Shown here: piece after piece, positions 8,355 to 17,595 of the stretch
Layout of the letters: every line of letters begins with the position of its first letter
Numbering within the stretch: the first letter of the stretch is position 1
NCBI GenBank assembly: GCA_016176685.1
Contig: JACOWS010000002.1
Span: forward strand, 94,608-158,607
From: Patescibacteria group bacterium
Lineage (GTDB): Bacteria; Patescibacteriota; Minisyncoccia; Phycocordibacterales; SBAW01
Length of the DNA stretch: 64,000 nucleotides
Direction: 5' to 3'
Position numbers and translations under genes: made by a program
Notes under the pieces: generated by a model
Database searches by the model: none
Seen by the model: the letters and a program-made list of their open reading frames with translations, nothing else
What the model was told of the DNA's origin: nothing

Positions 8355-10295
8355 ATGTACGTCATACGCAGAAGCTCGCACAACCCTATCATCGCCCCTC
8401 TGACCGACAAGTCGTGGGAGGCGCGCGGCACTTTTAACCCCTGCCCCACCAAAAAAGGCACCATAACGCATGTGCTCTACCGAGCCTTGGGCCTGCCCGA
8501 TGCTCTTATGACCCCTGCCGGCATTTCAACCATCGGCAAAGCGCTTTCGCTCGATGGCAAGCACTTTCAAAACAGACGGCAGTTTATCATCCCGGAAGAG
8601 CCGTGGGAAAAGTATGGCTGTGAGGACCCGCGGGTAACCTATTTTGAAGGAAAGTATTATATTTTTTATACTGCGCTTGGCGGCCAGCCCTTTGGCCCGG
8701 GCAATATCAAAGTAGCGTGCGCCGTATCAAAAGACCTGGAGACGGTAACCGAGCGACACTTGGTGACCCCATTTAACGCTAAAGCCATGGCACTCTTTCC
8801 CGAGCGCATTGGCGGCCCTGGCCGGGCAGGCAAAATAACGGTCATTGTGACCACCCACACCGACGAGCCGCCGGCCAAAATAGCCATTGCGCAGTGCGAC
8901 CGCATTGAAGAGCTGTGGGACCTCTCCTTTTGGGAGAAGTGGCACAGCGAGCTCGACGAGCACACTATAAATCCTCTGCGTTTCGATCACGACCATGTCG
9001 AGGTTGGCTCCCCGCCTATCAAAACAAAAGAGGGGTGGCTCTTATTTTACTCCTACATTCAAAACTACTTTGGCGGGGGTGAGCGGGTGTTTGGTATTGA
9101 AGCGATGCTCTTAAATCTGACCGACCCGCACCAGATTGTCGGTAAAACCAATGGGCCCATTATGGTGCCCGAAGATATGTATGAAAAGTACGGCATAGTG
9201 CCTAACGTCGTTTTTCCTTCCGGAGCATTGCTGCAAAAAAACGACCGGGTGGACATTTACTACGGCGGCGCCGACACGGTGTGTGCGCGCGCCTCACTCA
9301 ACCTACCAGACCTTATAGCCGCGCTTATTCCGCAAAAGCGGGTGGAGCTTGCGGTGCGCGCTAAAGAAAACCCCATCATAGAACCAAATCCCGAGCACCC
9401 GTGGGAAAAGAATGCGACTTTTAATGCGGGCGCTATAGACCTCGGCGGTTCGGTGCACTTGCTGTACCGCGCGATGGGCGACGACAACACCTCGGTCTTG
9501 GGGTATGCGTCAAGCAAAAATGGCATTACATTTAGCGAGCGCTCCAAGAGGCCGGCGTACATCCCGCGTGAAGAGTTTGAAAAGAAGCACGGATCGCCCA
9601 CCGGAAACTCCGGCTGTGAGGACCCGCGCATTACAAAAATAGGCGGCACTCTCTATATGACCTACACCGCCTTCGACGGCGTACACCCCACCCGCGTGGC
9701 GCTTACCACCATTACAGCCAGAGACTTTCTCGCCAAACGTTGGGATAAATGGAGTAAACCAATTTTAACCACGCCGGAGAATGTCAACGACAAAGACATG
9801 TGCCTCCTGCCCGAGAAAGTGCGCGGGCAGTATATGCTCTTCCACCGCATTGACCCGATGATCTGCGCCGATTTTTTGAACACGCTCGACTTTAGCAAAA
9901 GCAAGCTCACCCGCTGTATCGAGATCATGGGCCCCAGGCCGGGCATGTGGGACTCTCAAAAGATAGGCATTGCCGGGCCGCCTATAAAAACTAAAAAGGG
10001 GTGGCTCCTCATTTACCACGGCGTTTCCAAAACAAACACCTACCGGCTCGGTGCGGTACTTTTGGACCTTAAAAACCCGTCTATTGTGCTTTCCCGCAGT
10101 GTCGACACCATTTTTGAGCCGCTGGAAGAGTACGAGCGCGTGGGGTTGGTGCGCAATGCGGTGTTTTCCTGCGGGCAAGTGGTGCGCGGTGACACGCTCT
10201 ATATTTACTACGGCGGGGCCGACACGGTGCTGGGGGTTGCAAAAGTGTCGCTCAAAAAACTCCTCAAAATTTTACTGCCGGACAATTTGGCATAA
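8355..10295 (+). CDS. tandem double GH130 glycoside phosphorylase
   Basis: 646 aa with two complete GH130 repeats. NPIIAPL...GTFNPC...LYRALG at the start and NPIIEPNPEHPWEKNATFNAGAIDLGGSVHLLYRAMG from residue ~330. Confidence 0.85.
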   Translation: MYVIRRSSHNPIIAPLTDKSWEARGTFNPCPTKKGTITHVLYRALGLPDALMTPAGISTIGKALSLDGKHFQNRRQFIIPEEPWEKYGCEDPRVTYFEGKYYIFYTALGGQPFGPGNIKVACAVSKDLETVTERHLVTPFNAKAMALFPERIGGPGRAGKITVIVTTHTDEPPAKIAIAQCDRIEELWDLSFWEKWHSELDEHTINPLRFDHDHVEVGSPPIKTKEGWLLFYSYIQNYFGGGERVFGIEAMLLNLTDPHQIVGKTNGPIMVPEDMYEKYGIVPNVVFPSGALLQKNDRVDIYYGGADTVCARASLNLPDLIAALIPQKRVELAVRAKENPIIEPNPEHPWEKNATFNAGAIDLGGSVHLLYRAMGDDNTSVLGYASSKNGITFSERSKRPAYIPREEFEKKHGSPTGNSGCEDPRITKIGGTLYMTYTAFDGVHPTRVALTTITARDFLAKRWDKWSKPILTTPENVNDKDMCLLPEKVRGQYMLFHRIDPMICADFLNTLDFSKSKLTRCIEIMGPRPGMWDSQKIGIAGPPIKTKKGWLLIYHGVSKTNTYRLGAVLLDLKNPSIVLSRSVDTIFEPLEEYERVGLVRNAVFSCGQVVRGDTLYIYYGGADTVLGVAKVSLKKLLKILLPDNLA

Positions 10296-10298
10296 GGT

Positions 10299-11066
10299 AT
10301 GCAGGCCCGCCCAAAACTAGTGGTGTTCGACCTTGATGGCACGTTGGTTGAAAGCAAACAGCCGATGTCGGCACAGATGGGCGAATTGGTTGGAGAGCTC
10401 CTGCAAATGATGCCGGTGGCGGTTATGTCCGGCGCGGCCTTCCATCAGTTTGAACGGCAATTTTTGCCGGCGCTCCCCGAGCAAGCGCGGTTTGAGCGGC
10501 TATACCTCTTTCCCACTAACGCGGCGGTATGCTACATACACAAAGACGGTGGGTGGCAAACCGCTTATGACCACTCGCTTACCATTATAGAAAAGAGTCG
10601 TATCTTGCAAGCGCTTAAAGAAGCCCGCGCGGAAACCGGCCTTGCCGTGGTACCGGAGTACAACCCAAAGTGGGGCGAACAGGAGGAGGACCGCGGCACA
10701 CAAATCACCTTCTCGGCTCTTGGCCAACGCGCCCCGGTGGGAGAAAAGAAAAGGTGGGATCCGACGAAGGAAAAGCGTTTGCCTTTGTATAAAGCGCTTG
10801 TGCGGCGGCTGCCAGATTTTTCCGTAGGGCTCAACGCGACAACCTCGATAGACATCACACGCAAAGGAATAAGCAAAGCGTACGGGGTGCGGCGCCTTAT
10901 AGAGATGACCGACATTTCCGTTTCCGAAATGCTCTATATCGGCGACGCCCTCAAAGAGGGCGGCAACGACGCCGTGGTTAAAGAGACGGGTATCCGCACC
11001 CAGGAGGTCTTTGGCCCGGAGGAGGCGGCTATTATTATACAAGACCTGCTCAACCGCGCACACTAG
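10299..11066 (+). CDS. HAD-superfamily phosphomannomutase of the eukaryotic PMM type
   Basis: 255 aa. FDLDGTL, FPTNAAVCYIHKDGGW, SIDITRKGISKAYG, YIGDALKEGGNDAVV align with PMM1/2 motifs (FDVDGTL, FPENGLVAYKDGK, SFDVFPxGWDKxY, FFGDKTMPGGNDHEI). Confidence 0.7.
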   Translation: MQARPKLVVFDLDGTLVESKQPMSAQMGELVGELLQMMPVAVMSGAAFHQFERQFLPALPEQARFERLYLFPTNAAVCYIHKDGGWQTAYDHSLTIIEKSRILQALKEARAETGLAVVPEYNPKWGEQEEDRGTQITFSALGQRAPVGEKKRWDPTKEKRLPLYKALVRRLPDFSVGLNATTSIDITRKGISKAYGVRRLIEMTDISVSEMLYIGDALKEGGNDAVVKETGIRTQEVFGPEEAAIIIQDLLNRAH

Positions 11067-11087
11067 TTTGTCGAGCGGTTTTTGGGT

Positions 11088-11540
11088 TTAGCGACTACCA
11101 AAGAAGGAAAAGAAGTTTGAAAACCAGTGCGAGACATTGCCGGGGAGACTGTAAGTAAAAAAGTAAAAATCTTGCCACACCCCCGCCCGTGCACTGACAC
11201 CGGCGCCGCTGGAGGTTGCTACAAATACCTGCACCGACTTGTCGCTGGGGGAAATAGTTTTTATTACTGACTCCTTGTGTACTACCCCCCCTGCCTCTGT
11301 TTGTACCTCGACTTCTACCACGCCGCTACCCGCGTTTGTGTTGAGCGTATTTTTTATTTCTACCGAGGCGCTCCCCGACTCGGAGTAGGCACTGCCGCTG
11401 CCGCCGACCTGTATACCGCCGGTTGAAACTTCCGAAGAGCTGTAGGTGGTCAACGCCAACCCGCCGCCCCCCGCAAAAGCAAGCGCAAAGAGCGGGTGAA
11501 GGGACAGAAGTATGCTTATGCCGGTAACGAAGTATTTCAT
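11088..11540 (-). CDS. small secreted Gly/Ser-rich protein
   Basis: ORF 11088..11570. Signal peptide MKYFVTGISILLSLHPLFALAFA. Shares a V..NT.NTNAG-like repeat flavour with the neighbouring giant protein. 13-nt gap to the next gene. Confidence 0.5.
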   Translation of the reverse strand: MKYFVTGISILLSLHPLFALAFAGGGGLALTTYSSSEVSTGGIQVGGSGSAYSESGSASVEIKNTLNTNAGSGVVEVEVQTEAGGVVHKESVIKTISPSDKSVQVFVATSSGAGVSARAGVWQDFYFFTYSLPGNVSHWFSNFFSFFGSR

Positions 11541-11583
11541 GGTGAGTACAGTACCAAGCACTTGGTACAAAAGGAAGACGGCT

Positions 11584-14500
11584 CTAGAGACCGCCGAGTA
11601 GGCCCTTGAGCACAGAGAACCACCCTGCCTTTTTGGGCGCAGGCGCTTGCTCTACGTCCGGGGCCAATGGCGCCAAAAAGGCGCCCGATGGCGGAACACT
11701 TTTAGGCGTTTTTGGTTCTGACTTTGGTGCGCTCGGCGCCGCGCTATGTACCGCAGCCGCAGCGGCAACCTGCGGCGCCGGTGCGCCAACCACTATAGGC
11801 GCCTTGCCGCCGCAGGCGAGCTGGTTTATTTTGCTCTGCGTCATTGAGTACACTCCTCCGGTGGGGGTCTTGAGCCCTAGCGGGGTCAGAACCTCGGCGG
11901 CATACTTTTGCTGAAATGCATTGACTGCCGCCGCGGTTAATGGCCCGTAGTAGCCGGTGGTCGGCAGGTGTGCATTTTGATGTGCGTTGAGAAAGGCCTG
12001 CAGATTGACCACCTCGGCACGGTTGTTTTTCCTACTACGGGACATAAAGCTGGTAAGGAGCGGCTTGCAATCTACTTCATCATCATCGGCAATCGCAACT
12101 GTGGAAGTACCGAGTACCTCTCCCGCTTCTGTAAACTCTACCTCGCTTGACGCCTCAACCGGCGTAAAGGGGTTGCCGACAACCGGGTGGTTGCGCATAC
12201 CGGTAACGCGGGCGACATTGCGATATATGCCCGGCTTGGTGCTGGTGCCAAACGCTATTGAGTACGAGAGGGTAATGAGGTCGGCCGGTGCCACGGTCTC
12301 GAGGTCCCACGAGCGCGCGTACATAACGCCGCCCGAGGGGTCGTAGAGCGTGTCGGTGAGCAAGCCGTGGTACAGAGCGCCCGCGCTGGTATTGTTTTCA
12401 ATAACTACCTGGTAGTCGACCATCGTGGGGGCGGTGGTTGTGCCTATACTTAGGGTCTTTTTAACCGTGATTTTTGGGTCTGGCGTTGCGCTGTATGTAC
12501 CGTTTGCGGTTATGCCGGCAATGAGTCCGCCACCACCGCCACCGCCTCCACCACCTCCTCCTCCGCCCCCACCGCCATTATTGACGACGGGTGCCGGCGA
12601 AGTGACATCTACTGTAACCACGGTAAATCCCGCCGTGTCTCCGCCTTCAACTGTAGCAGTCAGAGGGATAGTCATTGATGTGCCCGCCGGTGTATCGCCC
12701 ACCTCTGCCGTATAGGTAAACGTGCGCGTCTCGCCCCGAGCCACCCTGCCCAAGTTCCACTTCTTGCCGTTGTCGGTATCCGTTGCTCCGCTATCGGCGG
12801 CAAAGGTAAGCAAATTTTTGTCAAAGTCGGCCTTTAGCGCCACATCCTCCGCGTCGGCATCGCCGCTGTTTGTAACGGTAAAGCGGTACTCCACCGTGGA
12901 GCCCGGCAAGACCGCCCTGGTGGCGTTGGTAAAGGCCTCGAGAGAAAGGTCGGATTGTCCAAAAGCGATATCGCCGCTCCAGTCGCCAAAGATGTTAAAG
13001 ACGGCAAATATCCAGTTGCGCCCGACTATGTTGGTGTTGATGAGGTTTATAACATTGGCTACCGCGTAGGCATTGCCGGTATTGATATATCCGGTACCGT
13101 CTTCTGTCAGAGTTTCGTTTGCGCCAGTTTCTGCAGAGACGTCCACATTGTTTTCAACCACGGCAACATTGGTAGATGATGCTAGGAAGTGCGAGGAGTT
13201 GTAGCAGTTGGAGACGGGTCCCAACTTTTCTTTACAATTAGCATCAGGAGCTTCAGGCAACTCTACCCCGCTGTTGTCACTGGTGACCAAAATAACTGTT
13301 GAGGTGCTGTTTCCCTCGGAGTTCTCCGGAAGTGCCACCCACGAGAGCCCCGCGGGCAGGCCGGTAACATTGCCGCTCCACTCGCCCGAAACGCGGAAGA
13401 AGAAGAATGCCGAGGTACCGCCAAAGTAGCTCCCGTTGGCGTCGGTAAAGGTAGTGGCCGAGCTGTAGGCGTCGCCTGTTTCAACTTCGCCATGACCAAG
13501 ACCCGTGGTGGTAGCCACATTCTCGCCTGTCTCGGCACTTGCGGTAGTGGTACCGACAAAGTTTACATCGTTGGTGTTATTAACCCCGTAGGTGCTCGCG
13601 TTCATCGCCGGGGCAGAGCCGCCGTGGGCAAAAAGCTTCCCGAAGAAGTCGGCATTGGGCAGGGTGATGTTGCCCGCCAAGCTGCCAAAGTTGTTAAACG
13701 AGACAAGCAGGTAGCTTGAGTTGATGATGTTGGTGTTGACCACGTTAAGCACGTTGGCCGCGGCATAGGCGTCGCCGGTGTTTATAGAAGCACCGCCGCT
13801 CTCGGTTGAGGAAGCCACATTCTCCCCCGTTGAAGCGCGCACCAGGACGCTGTTGGTTACGGTGGCGGTGTTGTCGTTTACCACGTTAAGCTCGCTGGCA
13901 TTGAGGCAGGTTAAGAGGGTGCACTGCGGCTCGCCGGTTGTCTCGTTGACCGTTTGGGACGCGCCCGCCTCGCCGTCAAAGAAATAGGAGAGGTTGAAGT
14001 CGCGCAGGTCAAACCCGCCGCCGAAAAGCTGATTCAAAAAGAGGATGAGCCCGTAGGAGTTGAAGATGTTGGTGTTGACGAGGTTTATGACATTGGATGT
14101 TGCGGCGGCGTTGCCGGTATCAATGGTCGAGGTGGCTACCCCTCCATCGGCCATGTTCTCGCCCGTTGTCGCCAAGGTCTCGGACTCGCTCCCCAGCTCG
14201 GCCTCGTTTGTGGTAGAGGCGGTAAGGTTGGAGGAATTCATTTCCTCTCCCGGCGCGTCGCACAGCTCATCCGAGTCTTCCGAGCAGGTGTCTGCAACAT
14301 TTATAATGTTGGTGTTAAGCTCGTTGTCGACGGTTGTCGAAGCGGTGGCATCACCGGTGACTATCTCGCCGCCCACAAGACCGCCCGTGCCGTCGGTGGA
14401 GGTGGCTATGGTGGTGTTTAATTCGTCCGGCAGTATTTCATCGGTACTGGTGGCTGTGGTTGTAGGAGTGGAGGTAGCCACTGGAGCCGGCTCATCCGCG

Positions 14501-14724
14501 GGAGGTGGCGGCAGTTCGCAGGAATCACCGTTCCAGGAGCCGCCGTCTGTAGTGCACTGCACATCGGCGCATGGCTCGGCATCTTGCTCGCCCGGCACAT
14601 TTGCGCACACGTCAACCGGAGGTGGAGCTTCTTCAGCCCGTACGACGATAGACCCGGCCCCGGCCGCAAAGATGAGAAAAAGGCCCGTCCATAGAAAGTA
14701 GCGCGATGCAGAGGATATGGTCAT
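11584..14724 (-). CDS. giant secreted surface protein: repeat modules + DUF11/CARDB-like domain + Gly18 linker + C-terminal peptidoglycan-binding (PG_binding_1-like) domain
   Basis: 1046 aa. Signal peptide. At least five copies of module TGEN.A....G.A.I.TGDAYA.ANV(I/L)N.VNTNI..S. Domain TVEYRFTVTNSGDADAEDVALKADF. Run of 18 Gly. C-terminus AEVVNLQAFLNAHQ...TGYYGPLTAAAVNAFQQKY typical of the PG-binding domain. Confidence 0.85.
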   Translation of the reverse strand: MTISSASRYFLWTGLFLIFAAGAGSIVVRAEEAPPPVDVCANVPGEQDAEPCADVQCTTDGGSWNGDSCELPPPPADEPAPVATSTPTTTATSTDEILPDELNTTIATSTDGTGGLVGGEIVTGDATASTTVDNELNTNIINVADTCSEDSDELCDAPGEEMNSSNLTASTTNEAELGSESETLATTGENMADGGVATSTIDTGNAAATSNVINLVNTNIFNSYGLILFLNQLFGGGFDLRDFNLSYFFDGEAGASQTVNETTGEPQCTLLTCLNASELNVVNDNTATVTNSVLVRASTGENVASSTESGGASINTGDAYAAANVLNVVNTNIINSSYLLVSFNNFGSLAGNITLPNADFFGKLFAHGGSAPAMNASTYGVNNTNDVNFVGTTTASAETGENVATTTGLGHGEVETGDAYSSATTFTDANGSYFGGTSAFFFFRVSGEWSGNVTGLPAGLSWVALPENSEGNSTSTVILVTSDNSGVELPEAPDANCKEKLGPVSNCYNSSHFLASSTNVAVVENNVDVSAETGANETLTEDGTGYINTGNAYAVANVINLINTNIVGRNWIFAVFNIFGDWSGDIAFGQSDLSLEAFTNATRAVLPGSTVEYRFTVTNSGDADAEDVALKADFDKNLLTFAADSGATDTDNGKKWNLGRVARGETRTFTYTAEVGDTPAGTSMTIPLTATVEGGDTAGFTVVTVDVTSPAPVVNNGGGGGGGGGGGGGGGGGLIAGITANGTYSATPDPKITVKKTLSIGTTTAPTMVDYQVVIENNTSAGALYHGLLTDTLYDPSGGVMYARSWDLETVAPADLITLSYSIAFGTSTKPGIYRNVARVTGMRNHPVVGNPFTPVEASSEVEFTEAGEVLGTSTVAIADDDEVDCKPLLTSFMSRSRKNNRAEVVNLQAFLNAHQNAHLPTTGYYGPLTAAAVNAFQQKYAAEVLTPLGLKTPTGGVYSMTQSKINQLACGGKAPIVVGAPAPQVAAAAAVHSAAPSAPKSEPKTPKSVPPSGAFLAPLAPDVEQAPAPKKAGWFSVLKGLLGGL

Positions 14725-14862
14725 GGGTAAATTCCTGTTATATAAGCGTATAAGCGAAGGCTGTCTTGCTGGTTTCCCTCTCTGAAGCCTCGTTCTTTTA
14801 TCATAAACAAGGCCTCATGAGAAGGAGGGAGTCAAAAATTGGCTCCCTTCCCTCAACTCGCA

Positions 14863-16974
14863 TTACAACTCGCAACTTGTCAGCACATTGAAGCCTCCGC
14901 CAGCATTGCAGGTGTCGGTGCCTCCCTGGCCGTTTATCTTGTCGTTGCCGCCCTGCGCCATGATGGAGTCGTCTCCGCCACCCGCATCGACCTTATTGTT
15001 GCCGTCGCCGGCGTCTATGGTGTCGGCACCGGAGCCAGTCGTAATTTTGTCGTTTCCTGCACCTGTGGTAACGGTATAGCCGCCATCGCCCGCAATGATA
15101 GTGTTGTTACCGAACATAGAGAAGAGTGTGCCGCCGCCGTTGCCGACAGTAACTTTGTCGTTGCCGGCACCGGCATCTACCACTGCATCGCCGTCGCCGA
15201 GGTCTACCTTATCGTTGCCGCTACCAAGGCAGACGATAAAGTTGCCGTCGCCGCCCGTAACCTTGTCGTTGCCGCCAAGGCCGACAAACATGGTCATGGA
15301 TGCGAGCACTACTTTGTCGTGTCCGGCAGTGCCGTTTTGGAGCGTGTAGCCAGCCGGTGCCACGCCCGGAGTCTCGCACGCCTCTGCCAAAGACGGCGGC
15401 GCGGGAGGTGTATTGTCCACCGTAACCTTCCAGGCATCACTCCACGGGCTCATGTTGCCGTCGTTATCAACCGCGCGCACGTGCCAATAGTAGACTCCCT
15501 CGGGCGTGCCGGGGGTCGGGATTTCAGACACAGCCAGTGGGCCGGAAGTGTATACCGGGGTCGTAAACGAGCCGTCCGGGTTTGTCGCGGAAGAGTTGGA
15601 CGATTGATAGCGATAGGTCATCGGCAATGCCGGGTCGGTGACATCTGTCCAGTCGATTTTGTCCAGCGCGGCCGATGTTAGCGTGCTGTTGTCTGCCGGA
15701 GAAAGGTGCACCGGCGCGGGGACGCATATCTTGTTCCACACAATAACGTACTTGTCGCCGGTGATGCCGGTGAAGCTCGGGACAGTGAGTGACACGGGCG
15801 CACCTGCCGCCTCAACAGGCGTGTCGCCGGTGCTGTAGCCAACTAACGCATATGGCTGGCCGGTACTGCAGTCGGCGCCAACTACCGCGCCGCCTGTTAC
15901 CTCGTAGGTACTGTAGTCGGCACCCGAGGTCATCTCGGAGGTGATTGCCTGGTAGGGAGTGGGGTCGCCGTTAAAGCCGTCGGCATCGAGGTCGTACGAG
16001 CCGCTTCCTGCGCCGATGTTTGCGGCATCCCAGGTTGCCGACATAGGGAATGCGGATGAGTCCGCACTCACTGCCGTTGCCTGTGCCCCGTCAATAAACT
16101 TGTTGATGGTGACGGTCACTGGAGGCATAGGGCCAGAAAGGAGCGAGAGGTTGTCGAATAGGAAGCCGTTACCCGCCGTATCCGGAGCCGCCCCGCCGCC
16201 AGTGCGGAAGATGAGGTCGTCGGTCGTGCGCGGACTCTGTTCCGCGGATGCTTCGGAGTCAAAGCGGAAGTAGTTTTCCCAAGTGGTTCCCGTATGTACC
16301 AACACGCCGTCTATGTAGATTTTGACAATGTCGTTGGAAGCACTATCAACATAGTCAATTACGAACTTTGCCGAATGCGTTGTCGAGCGAGAAAGGCCTG
16401 TTGCAACCGTTGTCGGCGAGAAAGTTGCCGGGTTACCTGTGCCTGGCGTGTCATAGAAGATAACGTCAATACCGCCCGGCTCGTCGGAGAATCCTAGATA
16501 GCTCATACGCGAGCCGTCGCCGCGGTCTGGAGATACAGATACAAAGAGTCCCGGCTGTTGGGTTGATTCTGTAGAGGCAAAGTCAAACTGTGCCTCAAAG
16601 TGCGGCTGCCTGGTGCCGCCGGACATACCGCCGCTGGTAGAATCAACCTCGCCCGCTTCGTCTATTAGAGATTTAGAAAAGGTCATGTCGCCAAAACAAC
16701 CGCTCGTGACTGCGTTGGAGATGCGCAATACCTTCGAGCCGAATTCTACGAAACCGTAGGAGTTTGATACAACCGCGTGGTCATATATTGCACAGCCGGA
16801 TCCTACACTGCCGAGGCTAGACCACCCGTCTTGTCCGTTGACCGTTCCAAGCGTAAAGCTCTCGAAGTCGGTGGCGGTGCTGTCGGCAGATGCGTAAGAG
16901 AACAAGGCAAGGGCGCCGAGCAGTATCGCTACTGTTGTGAGAGTTCCTGCGCCGATTGATACTGTTTTACTCAT
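14863..16974 (-). CDS. secreted surface protein: ConA/LamG-like N-domain, Ig/Fn3-like middle, C-terminal RTX-type Ca-binding GG.G.D repeats
   Basis: ORF 14863..17112. Probable start at MSKTVSIGAGTLTTVAILLGALALFSYASA (signal peptide). C-terminal run GGNDKVTGGDGN...GAGNDKVTVGNGG...GAGNDKITTGSGADTIDAGDGNNKVDAGGGDD. Confidence 0.8.
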   Translation of the reverse strand: MSKTVSIGAGTLTTVAILLGALALFSYASADSTATDFESFTLGTVNGQDGWSSLGSVGSGCAIYDHAVVSNSYGFVEFGSKVLRISNAVTSGCFGDMTFSKSLIDEAGEVDSTSGGMSGGTRQPHFEAQFDFASTESTQQPGLFVSVSPDRGDGSRMSYLGFSDEPGGIDVIFYDTPGTGNPATFSPTTVATGLSRSTTHSAKFVIDYVDSASNDIVKIYIDGVLVHTGTTWENYFRFDSEASAEQSPRTTDDLIFRTGGGAAPDTAGNGFLFDNLSLLSGPMPPVTVTINKFIDGAQATAVSADSSAFPMSATWDAANIGAGSGSYDLDADGFNGDPTPYQAITSEMTSGADYSTYEVTGGAVVGADCSTGQPYALVGYSTGDTPVEAAGAPVSLTVPSFTGITGDKYVIVWNKICVPAPVHLSPADNSTLTSAALDKIDWTDVTDPALPMTYRYQSSNSSATNPDGSFTTPVYTSGPLAVSEIPTPGTPEGVYYWHVRAVDNDGNMSPWSDAWKVTVDNTPPAPPSLAEACETPGVAPAGYTLQNGTAGHDKVVLASMTMFVGLGGNDKVTGGDGNFIVCLGSGNDKVDLGDGDAVVDAGAGNDKVTVGNGGGTLFSMFGNNTIIAGDGGYTVTTGAGNDKITTGSGADTIDAGDGNNKVDAGGGDDSIMAQGGNDKINGQGGTDTCNAGGGFNVLTSCEL

Positions 16975-17005
16975 AATTGGTTTTACTAAATTAATAACTT
17001 GTTTG

Positions 17006-17437
17006 TTAGCGGGTGCGCGCGGCGTCCCTGGTTGAACAGCTGGATGTAGAGAGTCTGTCGCACTGCGTCTCCGGCTCCGGCGCCGGCTCATCGCCCCCAT
17101 CATCGCCGCCATAGCTGGTGTCTGGGGTGTTGGTTGGCCCTATGTTGACCACATACACCTCCACGTGCTCGTCGCCGGTGATGACCGTGCCGCCCTCGTT
17201 GCCGCCGGAGTCGGCGGTGCCGCTCGTTGAGTTTGAAATGTTGCCTGCACTTGGATTAATCGGAGCCGGAGTAGGAGTGCTCGGGGGAGCGTCGGTGGAG
17301 GGGCTCCCCGACCCGCCGCGGTCGCGTACCGAAGCGTCCCTGACCTCTGCCTGCGCGCTAAAGGCAAGCACATACATCGCAAGAATGGCGAGCGCCACCG
17401 CGACTACTTTTGTGGTGACCGAAAGTGTTTTAGTCAT
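17006..17437 (-). CDS. small secreted Pro/Gly/Ser-rich protein
   Basis: 143 aa. Signal peptide with AQA|EV cleavage-like site. Low complexity. Confidence 0.5.
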   Translation of the reverse strand: MTKTLSVTTKVVAVALAILAMYVLAFSAQAEVRDASVRDRGGSGSPSTDAPPSTPTPAPINPSAGNISNSTSGTADSGGNEGGTVITGDEHVEVYVVNIGPTNTPDTSYGGDDGGDEPAPEPETQCDRLSTSSCSTRDAARTR

Positions 17438-17595
17438 ACTTTTTTATACTTAGCTGATAATACTGTTAATGGTATACCCTCGGGAGAACCTTCTTTATTC
17501 CCTCAAGAAAGCTCTCCCGAGGGCGGCACCTCGGCCAAAGCCTAGGTACCGACCCCCAGAAAGAACCTTCGCGAACCGAACAAACCGAAACGAAA

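Noticed and set aside
12425-12715. ORF with a 27-residue poly-Pro run
   Set aside because: Reverse-complement ghost of the poly-Gly tract in the 1046-aa gene.
14839-15681. 280-aa plus-strand ORF
   Set aside because: Antisense to the well-supported 749-aa surface-protein gene. Val/Ala/Gly-rich mirror of the GGxGxD repeat codons.
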